Below, piece by piece: positions 39,140 to 48,332 of a stretch of 61,603 nucleotides of DNA; position 1 is the first letter of the stretch, and the number at the start of each line of letters is the position of its first letter. The notes beneath the pieces were generated by a model that searched no databases, was not told where the DNA came from, and saw only the letters and a list, made by a program, of their open reading frames with translations. This DNA comes from Actinomycetota bacterium (GTDB lineage Bacteria > Actinomycetota > Actinomycetes > JAKEEW01), in NCBI GenBank assembly GCA_046725875.1, contig JBKOZJ010000030.1, positions 1 to 61,603 of the forward strand, read 5' to 3'. The position numbers and the translations under genes were made by a program.

Positions 39140-39822
39140 CCGGCCCCGGCCGTCCAGGTTCACCCGGCACGGCCTTCTCGCGTGCGTGGCGCTCGGCGGC
39201 GTTACCGCCGGCCTCACCATGCTGTTCATGGCCGCGGTCGCTCGGCTGCCGCTCGGTACCGCTAGCGCAATGGAGTTTCTCGGCCCGCTGTGCGTGGCCT
39301 TCGCGCGCGGTCGTGGTGGGAGCAAAGCTATGGCCGCTACCGGCCGCAGCCGGAGTCCTGTTGCTTACCCAACCGTGGCAGGGCACCGCCGACCCAGCCG
39401 GCGTCGCGTACGCCCTCGCCGCCGCTGCGTGCTGGGCGGCCTACATCGTGTTGACCCAACGCGTCGGCGACGGGGTCTCCGGTCTTCATGGACTAGCCGT
39501 ATCTATGCCGGTCGCGGGCCTCATCGCCACCGGCGCCGCCGGGCCGTCCGTCTTTGGCCACCTCACCTGGCCAGTTTTTCTGACCGGTCTGGGCATCGCG
39601 GTGCTACTGCCCGTGATCCCGTTCACGCTGGAACTGCTCGCCCTGCGCCGGCTCACCACCGCTGCTTTTGGCACGCTGATGAGCTTTGAGCCCGCGATCG
39701 CTCTCGTCATCGGTCTGCTCGCCCTCCATCAAATACCCGGATGGGGATCAACAGCGGGGATCGCATTCGTCGTCGCGGCGGGCGTCGGCGCTGAACATAC
39801 TGGCGCCCGCCTCGATCGGTGA
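39140..39822 (+). pseudogene. EamA/RhtA-like transporter pseudogene
   Basis: [34 protein letters not shown] in one frame and WAAYIVL...[12 protein letters not shown]...GTLMSFEPA in another; N-terminus missing. Confidence 0.8.
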
Positions 39823-39907
39823 CCTTCCCGAACCCCACAGGCCGAAGGTGGTCTGAGCGGATAGCCCGTCAAATCGATGGTGGCCATCGAGCCGCCGGAG
39901 TCTCAAC

Positions 39908-40108
39908 GATCGATCGCCACCGGGAGTTGATCGATCCTGGCAGCCCCAGTAGCACGGCTGGCCGACCGGACCTCCACTTGCACTCTCCAGACCTGCTCAA
40001 CTCTTCGTTCGCGATCGATCCAGGCGGTGCCCGGTCGATCGACCCGGCGCGTATCCCTAACCAGAGCCTCAATGATCGATCGTTACCGAGAAGTCGATCG
40101 AACCTGGA
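39908..40108. repeat. Cluster of three GATCGATC-based imperfect palindromic units
   Basis: Units start at 39908, 40013 and 40074, each GATCGATC-N13-16-GATCGA.C..G; a related unit lies at 33036. Confidence 0.55.
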
Positions 40109-40959
40109 GAGTGTAGGTAGCGGGGCCGCGACCGCTCGATGCCTTCGAGCAGCGGAAGGTGCCAAGGCAGATGGTGGTGGGTGGGACCGCACTGCTCCCT
40201 GATGTTCTCCAGGAGCACCGTGGGTGTGAGACCGGTTAGTCGCGATGAATCCCTCGCGAGGTGAGCTTGGTCCGCGTACCCAGCATCCGAGGCGATCACG
40301 GCGAGGTTTCGACGACCAGCTTCCCTCGGCACTTGGGCGACGGCGAGGAAGCGTTGGAGCCGCCAGATCCGATGCAGCGCCCTCGGCCCGTAGCCGAGTC
40401 CGGCTACGACGCGACGGCGGAGTTGGCGCTCCGAGATCTGCAGGGCGGAAGTCAACATCCGCATGCCTCCGCTGTCTCGCGGCTGCAGGAGCTGGACAGC
40501 TTGGCTCACGGCCGGGTCCACATCGGCGCCATCGGCGACTTGTCGGAGGATCCCAGCCTCCAACACAGCTACGGCTTGTTCGGCCGACGCTGCCTCGGCG
40601 ATCTTCTCTCCGATCTCGTGGCCGGCTCGACCCCAGATCTCGCCCAGCCCGATGACCGAATCGACCAACTCAGATGCAGGCAGGCCAAGCGCTACTCCAG
40701 ACGCCGCCGGCCGGAACCGGACACCGACCAGCGTCGAACCGGGACCGAGCGTCCGCACGATCGGGCCGGTCAGCGGGCCGCAGACGGTCGGGGCCGACCC
40801 GATCTCACACCAGATCTCCACCGATCCGTTCGGAATCGAGCGGTTGATGTATGGATCCGCCTGCGCGGACACCCCTTGTATGCACGTCGCTGACACGAGG
40901 TCGGCGAGGGGCGCGACCGCGGGCCGTTCCCGATAGAACTGCCCGTCTTCACCCCGCAC
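40069..40959 (-). CDS. AraC-family regulator with DUF6597-like N-terminal domain
   Basis: YRERP, PNGSVEI, GVRFRP, SERQLRR, GYADQAHL; start uncertain. Confidence 0.88.
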   Translation of the reverse strand: MRGEDGQFYRERPAVAPLADLVSATCIQGVSAQADPYINRSIPNGSVEIWCEIGSAPTVCGPLTGPIVRTLGPGSTLVGVRFRPAASGVALGLPASELVDSVIGLGEIWGRAGHEIGEKIAEAASAEQAVAVLEAGILRQVADGADVDPAVSQAVQLLQPRDSGGMRMLTSALQISERQLRRRVVAGLGYGPRALHRIWRLQRFLAVAQVPREAGRRNLAVIASDAGYADQAHLARDSSRLTGLTPTVLLENIREQCGPTHHHLPWHLPLLEGIERSRPRYLHSPGSIDFSVTIDH

Positions 40960-41125
40960 GCTCGGTCCCTTCAGGCTGCCCGCCGAGTCCGGCAACGACG
41001 TCCATCGTAGGCGACCGAGGCTCTTCGAGGCGCCACCACGGATGGCCGAAACGTTCAAGCCAGCGCCTGCGTTCGTACCTATGCTCGATCACGTCTGGCC
41101 GTCAAGAAATCCGGCGAGAGGTGCG

Positions 41126-42568
41126 ATGACCCATCCTCCCGGGCTTTCCTCCGCGCCGCTCGTGAAGGCGCGGCTGGCTGAGCTCGAACGCGCAATCGAC
41201 GGCGAGGTGCTCGTCGCCGACACGGTCGCCTTCGACCGCCTGCCGAAGCAATCCAACGCGAGATTCGACGACGTGACGCCAGTGGGCGTCGCGCGGTGCA
41301 CGTCGGCGGGAGACGTCGCCGAGACGATCGCGTTCATCCGCCGTCACGATCTCCGGACGGCGGTGCGGAGCGGCGGGCACTGCTTCGCCGGCCGCTCCAC
41401 AACGCCGGGAGTCCTGATCGACGTCTCGCCGATGCGCTCCGTCGCTGTCGCGGACGGCCTGGCTCGGATCGGTTCCGGCGCGACGCTCGGCGAGGTGTAC
41501 TCGGGGATGATCGGCCACGGGCTCACGATTGCGGGCGGGACGTGCCCCTCGGTGGGGATCGCTGGTCTGACGCTGGGCGGCGGCCTCGGCATTTTGGGAC
41601 GGATGTGCGGCGTCACCTCCGACCGTCTTGTTAGCGCGCGGATCGTTCTGGCCGACGGCCGGACGATCGACTGCGACGAGGGACACGACGACGAGCTGTT
41701 CTGGGCGCTCCGCGGCGCCGGGACCGGCCATTTCGGTGTGGTCACCGACCTCGTGTTCCGTCCGGTCCCCGCCCCGCGGGCCAGCACGTTCCATCTGACG
41801 TGGCCTTTCGCGAGCGCGGCGGCCGTCGCGCAAGCGTGGATGGCGTGGAGCCCGGGTGCGCCCGACGCGCTGGCGGCAAGCATGGCGATCTCCGCGAGCG
41901 CTGATCCCGATGGCGCCCCGACGGTCGAGGTGTACGGCACGATGATCGGTGCCGGATCTGACGCGCGTGAGCAGCTGGAGGAGTTGGCCGCTGGGGTCGG
42001 CACCGATCCGAGCACCGAGTTCCTCGAGGAGATGCCTTCCTATGAGCAGACGCTGAGGTACTGGGCCGGCCGAGCAGGCGAGCGGCTCGACGAGCCGCGC
42101 GCCGAGCCGGCCACTCGAGCGATCCAAGTCATCAAGTCGGAGTTCTTCGCGCGCCCGATCCCGCCCGAAGCGATCTCAACGCTGCTGCAACGCATCACGG
42201 CGGACCGGGTCGCGGGTCAGACCCGCGAGCTGGACTTCTCGCCGTGGGGTGGCGCCTATAACCGCGTCCGGGCCGACGCCACCGCCTTCGTCCATCGGAA
42301 ACCGCTCTTCTGGATCAAGCACGCGGCGTCCATCACAGCGAATGCGGACGGCGGCAAGCAGGCGGCCGCCCAAAGCTGGGCCAGCAGTTCCTGGGCATCG
42401 GTGCATCCGTTTGGGACGGGTGGCGTATTCCCGAACTTCCCCGATCCCGATCTCGATGACTGGGGCCATGCCTACTATGGCTCGAACTATGATCGGCTGC
42501 TCGCGGTCAAGGTTCGATACGATCCCGGCGACGTCTTCCGATTCCGCCAGTCACTACCTATCAGGTGA
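41126..42568 (+). CDS. FAD-binding oxidoreductase, berberine-bridge-enzyme-like
   Basis: RSGGHC, GTCPSVG, LFWALRGAG, C-terminal NFPD...YYGSNYDRL...YDP; GAGAGG RBS before ATG 41126. Confidence 0.92.
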   Translation: MTHPPGLSSAPLVKARLAELERAIDGEVLVADTVAFDRLPKQSNARFDDVTPVGVARCTSAGDVAETIAFIRRHDLRTAVRSGGHCFAGRSTTPGVLIDVSPMRSVAVADGLARIGSGATLGEVYSGMIGHGLTIAGGTCPSVGIAGLTLGGGLGILGRMCGVTSDRLVSARIVLADGRTIDCDEGHDDELFWALRGAGTGHFGVVTDLVFRPVPAPRASTFHLTWPFASAAAVAQAWMAWSPGAPDALAASMAISASADPDGAPTVEVYGTMIGAGSDAREQLEELAAGVGTDPSTEFLEEMPSYEQTLRYWAGRAGERLDEPRAEPATRAIQVIKSEFFARPIPPEAISTLLQRITADRVAGQTRELDFSPWGGAYNRVRADATAFVHRKPLFWIKHAASITANADGGKQAAAQSWASSSWASVHPFGTGGVFPNFPDPDLDDWGHAYYGSNYDRLLAVKVRYDPGDVFRFRQSLPIR

Positions 42569-42578
42569 GCGCGGCTGG

Positions 42579-43589
42579 CTATCGGCTGGGGAGCGATTGG
42601 GGCAGCCCGAACCAGGGGAGCACGCTGCTGTCGAAGCGGGTGAATGCGCAGATCCTGTCACCGGTGAGGGTGAGGACGAACAGGCCGGCACCATGGCGGA
42701 TGCCCGTCGGGGCGCGCAGGTAGGCCCCGAACGCCGGCTGACCGTTGGCTCGCGTCGGGACGAGGTCAACCCTGCGGCCCGAGGCGAAGATGCTGGCGAA
42801 CAGCCGGGTCACGACGTCGCGGCCCTGGTATTCGAGGGGAATCGGGGGCATGGAGAGGAAGACGTCGTCGGTGAGCAGGCCGACCAGCGCGTCTGGATCC
42901 CCAGACTCGTAGGCGCGGACGAACTTCGCCACGAGCGCCTGCTCGGCGGGTGAGCCCGGGGCGGGAGCCGTTTCGCGCTCACCGGTCGGCGGCAGCCGGC
43001 GGTGCAGGCTGGCGCGGGCCCGTTTGAGGGCGCTGTTGACCGATTCGACGGTCGAGTCGAGCATGTCAGCCACCTCGGTGGCGTGGTATCCGAGGACGTC
43101 GCGCAAGATGAGCACGGCGAGCTGGCGCGGCGGCAGCACCTGCAGCGCGGTCACGAAGGCCAGGGAGATGGATTCCATCTGCTCGTAACGGGCCTCGGGT
43201 CCAGAAGGCGCGTCGATCGCGCCCTCCAGGAGCGTGTCGGGATACGGCTCGAGCCACACGACTTCCCCGACCCGGGTCGGTTCGGGCGGTTCAACCTCGG
43301 GCATGTCCCACTCCTTGGCCGGGCGGCGGCTGGCGGCGCGCAGCGCGCTCAGACACCGGTTGGTGGCAATCCGGTACAGCCAGGTGCGGACCGACGCGCG
43401 CCCCTCGAACCCGCCCAGGCCCTGCCAGGCGGCCAGCAGCGTGTCCTGCAGGACGTCCTCGGCATCCTGCAAGGATCCGAGCATCCGGTAGCAGTGCACC
43501 TGCAGCTCCCGACGGTACGGCTCGGTCAGCGCCCGGAACGCCTCGCCGTCTCCAGCCCGCGCCCTGGCCAGCAGGTCGGCCGTCACCAC
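42579..43589 (-). CDS. ECF sigma-70 factor, SigG/ECF56-like with SnoaL-like C-terminus
   Basis: HCYRMLGS.QDAED, WLYRIATN, WLEPYPD, LRDVLG, SMPP, ANGQPA. Confidence 0.93.
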   Translation of the reverse strand: MVTADLLARARAGDGEAFRALTEPYRRELQVHCYRMLGSLQDAEDVLQDTLLAAWQGLGGFEGRASVRTWLYRIATNRCLSALRAASRRPAKEWDMPEVEPPEPTRVGEVVWLEPYPDTLLEGAIDAPSGPEARYEQMESISLAFVTALQVLPPRQLAVLILRDVLGYHATEVADMLDSTVESVNSALKRARASLHRRLPPTGERETAPAPGSPAEQALVAKFVRAYESGDPDALVGLLTDDVFLSMPPIPLEYQGRDVVTRLFASIFASGRRVDLVPTRANGQPAFGAYLRAPTGIRHGAGLFVLTLTGDRICAFTRFDSSVLPWFGLPQSLPSR

Positions 43590-43639
43590 TCCACCTCCCG
43601 TCGGCTCTTCTCGCACTGTGTCGCACTTCCATCGTGTAT

Positions 43640-43704
43640 AGACGCGAGCCCGCAGGCGAACTGGGCGGTCGGTGAGCGCCCACTTTCCGGATCTCGCGGC
43701 GCCT
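43640..43704. promoter_or_regulatory. Back-to-back promoter pair CGCCCA-N16-GCG(T/C)CT
   Basis: Minus 43667-43640 cgccca-N16-gcgtct; plus 43677-43704 cgccca-N16-gcgcct. Confidence 0.7.
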
Positions 43705-43744
43705 ACATCGGTGGCTCTGACAACGCCAACCAATGGAGACTCGA

Positions 43745-44344
43745 ATGGGAAAGATCGTAATCAGCGAGAACGTCACGCTCGACGGAGTCATCCAAGACCC
43801 GGCCGGTGACGAAGACTTCAAGCACGGCGGCTGGGTGGGTCGGATCAAGGACCGCCCACAGCTCAACAAGCTCGCGCTCGACGAGGCTCTCGGCGCGGAG
43901 GCGCTGCTGCTGGGACGGCGCAGCTACGAGTGGTTCGCCGCGCGGTGGCCATCCCGGAGTGGCGAGTTGGCGGACAGGTTGAACAGCATGCCGAAGTATG
44001 TCGTGTCCTCGACGCTCGAACATCCCGCCTGGAACAACTCGACGGTGCTCAAGGGCGACGTGCTTACCGAGGTCTCGAAGCTGAAGCACGAGCTCAACGG
44101 GGAAATCGTCGTCCCCGCCAGCTTCCAGCTCGTACGCACGCTGATGGAGCACGACCTGGTCGACGAGCTCCGGCTGAAGATCTTCCCCGTCGTGCTCGGG
44201 GCCGGCGAACGCCTCTTCGGCGAGACCAGCGACAAGAAACCCATCCGTCTCGTCGACACCCAGATCGTCGGGGGCGACGTTGCCTTTTTCACCTACGAGG
44301 TCGTCCAAGACGCCAAGCGGCGACGCGATCGAAGCCGCTTCTAA
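43745..44344 (+). CDS. Dihydrofolate reductase-like (RibD C-terminal) protein
   Basis: NVTLDGVIQ, LLGRRSY, PKYVVS, LVDELRL...PVVLGAGERLF. Confidence 0.92.
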   Translation: MGKIVISENVTLDGVIQDPAGDEDFKHGGWVGRIKDRPQLNKLALDEALGAEALLLGRRSYEWFAARWPSRSGELADRLNSMPKYVVSSTLEHPAWNNSTVLKGDVLTEVSKLKHELNGEIVVPASFQLVRTLMEHDLVDELRLKIFPVVLGAGERLFGETSDKKPIRLVDTQIVGGDVAFFTYEVVQDAKRRRDRSRF

Positions 44345-44446
44345 GCTCCGGCGCGCGGGGCCGGAACCATCGAGGTACCGCCCCGCCCATCTGTGAGTTG
44401 GAACTGCAACGCGCGCACGCCCATCGAGATCGGAAATGAGTCCATC

Positions 44447-45931
44447 ATGCAAAGCAAGACACACACCAGCAAAGGAATCATCCTCGTACTAGCCTGCGCG
44501 GCGCAGTTCATGGTCGTGCTCGATATCGCGATCGTGAATGTTGCCCTGCCATCGATCCAGCAGGATCTCGGCATCGAGCAGGGCATTGTGCAATGGATCG
44601 TTATCGCGTACGGCCTCATACTGGGCGGCTTCCTGCTGTTGGGCGGCAGGCTGGCCGACCTCATGGGGCGCCGTCGCATGCTCCTGACGGGATTGACCCT
44701 GTTCTCGTCCGCCTCACTGCTCGCGGGCATCGCGGGATCCGCCGGGCTCCTGATCGGCGCCCGTGCCCTGCAGGGCCTCGGGGCGGCGCTTCTCCCACCG
44801 GCCGCCCTCTCGATCCTCGCCGTGACCTTCCCGGAAGGCGCCGAGCGCAACCGCGCGCTCGGGCTCTTCGGCGCCACCGCCGGGATTTCGGCGTCGGTCG
44901 GCGTAATCGCAAGTGGTCTGCTCACCGACGGCCCAGGCTGGCGCTGGGTCTTCTTCATCAACGTTCCGATCGGCGTTCTTCTCATCGCGATGGCGGCCAT
45001 CGTCCTGCCCCTCGACGCTCGCGACCGCCGCCGGAGCGAACGCTTCGACTTCGCCGGCGCGGTCACCGTGACCGGAGGCCTGCTCCTCCTCGTCTACGCG
45101 CTCAACCGCGGCGCGGAGTCCGGCTGGGGTTCCGGATCGACGGTCGGACTGTTCGCCGTGTCCGTCGTGATGCTGTCCGCCTTCGTGCGGATCGAAGCGC
45201 GGTCCCGGTCACCGCTGGTGCCAGGCTCGGCAGTGCGCAACCGCACGCTGGTCGCGGCGAACCTGTCCGCGTTCTTCATCTTCGGAGCGCTCTTCGGCTT
45301 CATCTTCCTCGGCTCACTGCTGATGCAACAGGTACTCGGTTACTCGCCGACCCAGACCGGCGTCGCCTGGCTGGCCACAACGGCAGCGTCGTTCTTCGCG
45401 GCCGCGATCACCGGAGCCAAGCTCGTCGTGGTCGTGGGTGTGCGGCGTCTGCTCGTCGCGGGCCTCTCGCTTCTCGCCATCTCCGCACTGTTGTTGACGC
45501 GGATTCAACCTGGAGGGAACTACGCAACCGACCTGCTGCCAGCGCTGCTCCTGGCCGGCGTGGGGGGCGGTTTGTCAGCTCCGTCAGCACAGATCGGCGC
45601 GCTGTCCGGTGTCGCGCACACTATGACCGGTCTCGCGTCCGGGCTGGTCGAAACCCTGCGCGAGATCGGCGGCGCCGTCGGCGTGGCCGCCGTGTCGACC
45701 GTCCTCGTCACCCGGGCCGCCGAGATTGCGGGCGCCGACGACCCGGCGGCCCGCGGACTAGCGATGGCGAATGCCTTCCACGCCGCGTTCTGGGTGATAT
45801 CCATCGTCGCCGCCCTGGGCGCGCTGACCGCCGCGATCGCCTTCCCGCGGGCAACAACGCAGCAGATCGAGCTCGAGCCGGCCCGGTCCCACGGTTCGAT
45901 CGTCCCCGAACCGACGGAAGAGACTGCCTGA
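44447..45931 (+). CDS. MFS drug-efflux transporter (DHA2, EmrB/QacA)
   Basis: LDIAIVNVALP, GGRLADLMGRRR, WRWVFFINVP; ~14 TMs. Confidence 0.95.
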   Translation: MQSKTHTSKGIILVLACAAQFMVVLDIAIVNVALPSIQQDLGIEQGIVQWIVIAYGLILGGFLLLGGRLADLMGRRRMLLTGLTLFSSASLLAGIAGSAGLLIGARALQGLGAALLPPAALSILAVTFPEGAERNRALGLFGATAGISASVGVIASGLLTDGPGWRWVFFINVPIGVLLIAMAAIVLPLDARDRRRSERFDFAGAVTVTGGLLLLVYALNRGAESGWGSGSTVGLFAVSVVMLSAFVRIEARSRSPLVPGSAVRNRTLVAANLSAFFIFGALFGFIFLGSLLMQQVLGYSPTQTGVAWLATTAASFFAAAITGAKLVVVVGVRRLLVAGLSLLAISALLLTRIQPGGNYATDLLPALLLAGVGGGLSAPSAQIGALSGVAHTMTGLASGLVETLREIGGAVGVAAVSTVLVTRAAEIAGADDPAARGLAMANAFHAAFWVISIVAALGALTAAIAFPRATTQQIELEPARSHGSIVPEPTEETA

Positions 45932-46130
45932 GCTGGGACGTACCGGCGCTAGGGGCGCGGCCCGGTCATCCGGTCGCGCTCCTGCCGGTATCCCGCGTTC
46001 CAGCTTCGGGCCCTCGGCCTCCTCGCCCTTCTCACGAGTGCCCGCTTGAAGGCGAGTGGGTGGTCGCTGAAATCATGTGGAGCGCGCCTCAGGCGACCAG
46101 GTCGTAGATCCAGTTCGGGAGAATCGACGC

Positions 46131-48287
46131 ATGACCGAAAGCTCAGCCGTGCTCGAACCGGCGAGCATCGGCACCGCTTGGGTAACCCTCGTCGATGGCT
46201 CGTCCTTCTGCGTCTGCGAGCCGAACGGGGACATCACGCCCGGAACCTCGCAGGGCGTGTTCGTCCGTGACACGCGGGTACTGTCGCGATGGTCGTTGAT
46301 GGTGGACGGCGCAGCCATTCAGTCGCTTGCTGTGATGTCCACCGAGCCGTACTTCGCGACCTTCGTCGGGCGGGCTCGACCACGTCCGGGTCTCCACGAG
46401 AGCACCCTCCTCGTCCGCCGAGAGCGCTTTGTCGGTGAGGGCCTGCGGGAAAACGTCGCCCTCGAGAATCTCGGGACGGAGCCCGCCGCAGTTCGCCTGG
46501 ATCTCACGGTCGACTCCGACTTCGCCGATCTGTTCCAGGTAAAAGAGGGCTGGGTCGGCGACCTGACAGCTCCCGAGGCCGAGGTCGAGGACCGTGCCCT
46601 CAGGTTGTGGCGCCACTACGGTCAATCCCGGATGAGCCGAGGCGTGCGGGTCGTCTGCTCCGACGCGACGGCCGCCGCGCACGGACTCACAGTGCGCACA
46701 GTCGTCCCACCGCGGAGCACGTGGCAGACCGTGATCCAGGTGATACCGCTGATCAATGGGCAGGAGCTCAGCCCGCCATTCCCAACCGACCGGCCACTGG
46801 AGGAAACGGCGCCGGCCGTGCGGTCCCGAGCATGGCGGGAGTCATCGCCCGTTGTGCGAACGCCCCACCAAGGCCTCGCGCGGACTCTGTACCGAAGTTG
46901 GCAGGATCTAGGGGCACTGCGGATCTTCGACCCGGAGCACCCTGACACGTCCGCGGTCGCGGCCGGCGCGCCCTGGTTCATGGCGCTGTTCGGACGTGAC
47001 TCGCTCATCACCTCTTATATGGCGCTGTCGATCGACCCGAGCCTCGCGCTCGGCACGCTGAAGACCCTCGCCCGACTGCAGGGCAGCAAGACAGATCCAG
47101 TCTCCGAGGAGCAGCCGGGCCGCATTTTGCACGAGGTTCGGCTTGGCCCCATGACCGGTCCCGCCATTGGCGGAAGCACGATCTACTACGGGACCGCCGA
47201 TGCCACGCCGCTCTTCGTCGTCCTGCTCGGCGAGCTCCGCCGCTGGGGACTCGACACCAAGGAGGTCGATGCCCTGCTCGGGCACGCCGATCGCGCCATC
47301 GAGTGGCTGGTCGAGTACGGCGACCGCGATGGCGACCTGTTCGTGGAGTACCAACGAGCGACCGATCGCGGTCTGGCCAACCAGGGCTGGAAGGACTCGC
47401 ACGACGCGGTGACGTACGCGGACGGCACATTGGCGCAGCCGCCCATCGCTCTCTGTGAGGTCCAGGCCTACGTCTACTCCGCGTTCCTTGCCCGCGCCTA
47501 CTTCGCCTGGGAGAGCGGCGACGAGGAGACCCGGCAGCGATGCGTGCAGCGGGCAACTCGCCTACGGGAGGCCTTCAACGATCAGTTCTGGTTGCCCGAT
47601 CACGGGTGGTACGCGATGGCACTGGATCGAGAGAAGCGTCCGGTCGATTCGCTCACGTCCAACATCGGCCACTGTCTCTGGACCGGAATCGTCGACGAGG
47701 ACAAGGCGCCTTTGATCGCCGAGCGGCTGATGTCGTCTGAAATGTTCAGCGGCTGGGGCATCCGTACGCTCTCCTCGACAATGGGCTCCTACAATCCGAT
47801 CAGCTATCACAACGGGTCGGTCTGGCCACATGACAACGCCATCGTCACGGCGGGACTGATGCGCTATGGCTTCGTCGATGAGGCGCAACGGGTCGCCGCC
47901 GCACTGTTCGATGCGGCCGACGCGTTCGGCGGCCGCCTGCCGGAGTTGTTCTGCGGCTTTGACCGATCTGAGTACCCGCTCCCCGTGCCGTTCCCCACGT
48001 CGTGCTCGCCACAGGCTTGGGCGTCGGCCGCGCCGGTTCAGTTGCTCCGGACGCTATTGCGCTTCGACCCGTGGGTTCCGCACGGAAAGGCGTGGCTCGC
48101 TCCTGCACTGCCCGATGGCTTCGGCCCGCTTCGCCTGGACAACGTCCCGCTGGGCCGCGGACGCATTTCGGTGGATGTCGCCCACAGTGGAATCGCCCGG
48201 ATCGCCGGCCTTCCCCAAGGGTTGGAACTGATCACCGAGCCGCGTCGACCCCTGAGCAGCCTGCATGAGACCGGGCTGACCGGGTAA
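46131..48287 (+). CDS. Amylo-alpha-1,6-glucosidase / glycogen-debranching-like glycoside hydrolase
   Basis: DTRVLS, DFADLF, PWFMALFGRD, PGRILHE, NQGWKDS, YHNGSVWPHD, PELFCG, PQAW. Confidence 0.92.
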   Translation: MTESSAVLEPASIGTAWVTLVDGSSFCVCEPNGDITPGTSQGVFVRDTRVLSRWSLMVDGAAIQSLAVMSTEPYFATFVGRARPRPGLHESTLLVRRERFVGEGLRENVALENLGTEPAAVRLDLTVDSDFADLFQVKEGWVGDLTAPEAEVEDRALRLWRHYGQSRMSRGVRVVCSDATAAAHGLTVRTVVPPRSTWQTVIQVIPLINGQELSPPFPTDRPLEETAPAVRSRAWRESSPVVRTPHQGLARTLYRSWQDLGALRIFDPEHPDTSAVAAGAPWFMALFGRDSLITSYMALSIDPSLALGTLKTLARLQGSKTDPVSEEQPGRILHEVRLGPMTGPAIGGSTIYYGTADATPLFVVLLGELRRWGLDTKEVDALLGHADRAIEWLVEYGDRDGDLFVEYQRATDRGLANQGWKDSHDAVTYADGTLAQPPIALCEVQAYVYSAFLARAYFAWESGDEETRQRCVQRATRLREAFNDQFWLPDHGWYAMALDREKRPVDSLTSNIGHCLWTGIVDEDKAPLIAERLMSSEMFSGWGIRTLSSTMGSYNPISYHNGSVWPHDNAIVTAGLMRYGFVDEAQRVAAALFDAADAFGGRLPELFCGFDRSEYPLPVPFPTSCSPQAWASAAPVQLLRTLLRFDPWVPHGKAWLAPALPDGFGPLRLDNVPLGRGRISVDVAHSGIARIAGLPQGLELITEPRRPLSSLHETGLTG

Positions 48288-48332
48288 TCAGGCTCGCACC
48301 CAGGCTTGACTGCGGACGGGGGGACGGCGATC

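Noticed and set aside
39869..40192. Minus-strand ORF with repeated PGSI(D/N)
   Set aside because: The peptide repeat is a by-product of the GATCGATC DNA repeats; it overlaps the AraC 3' end.
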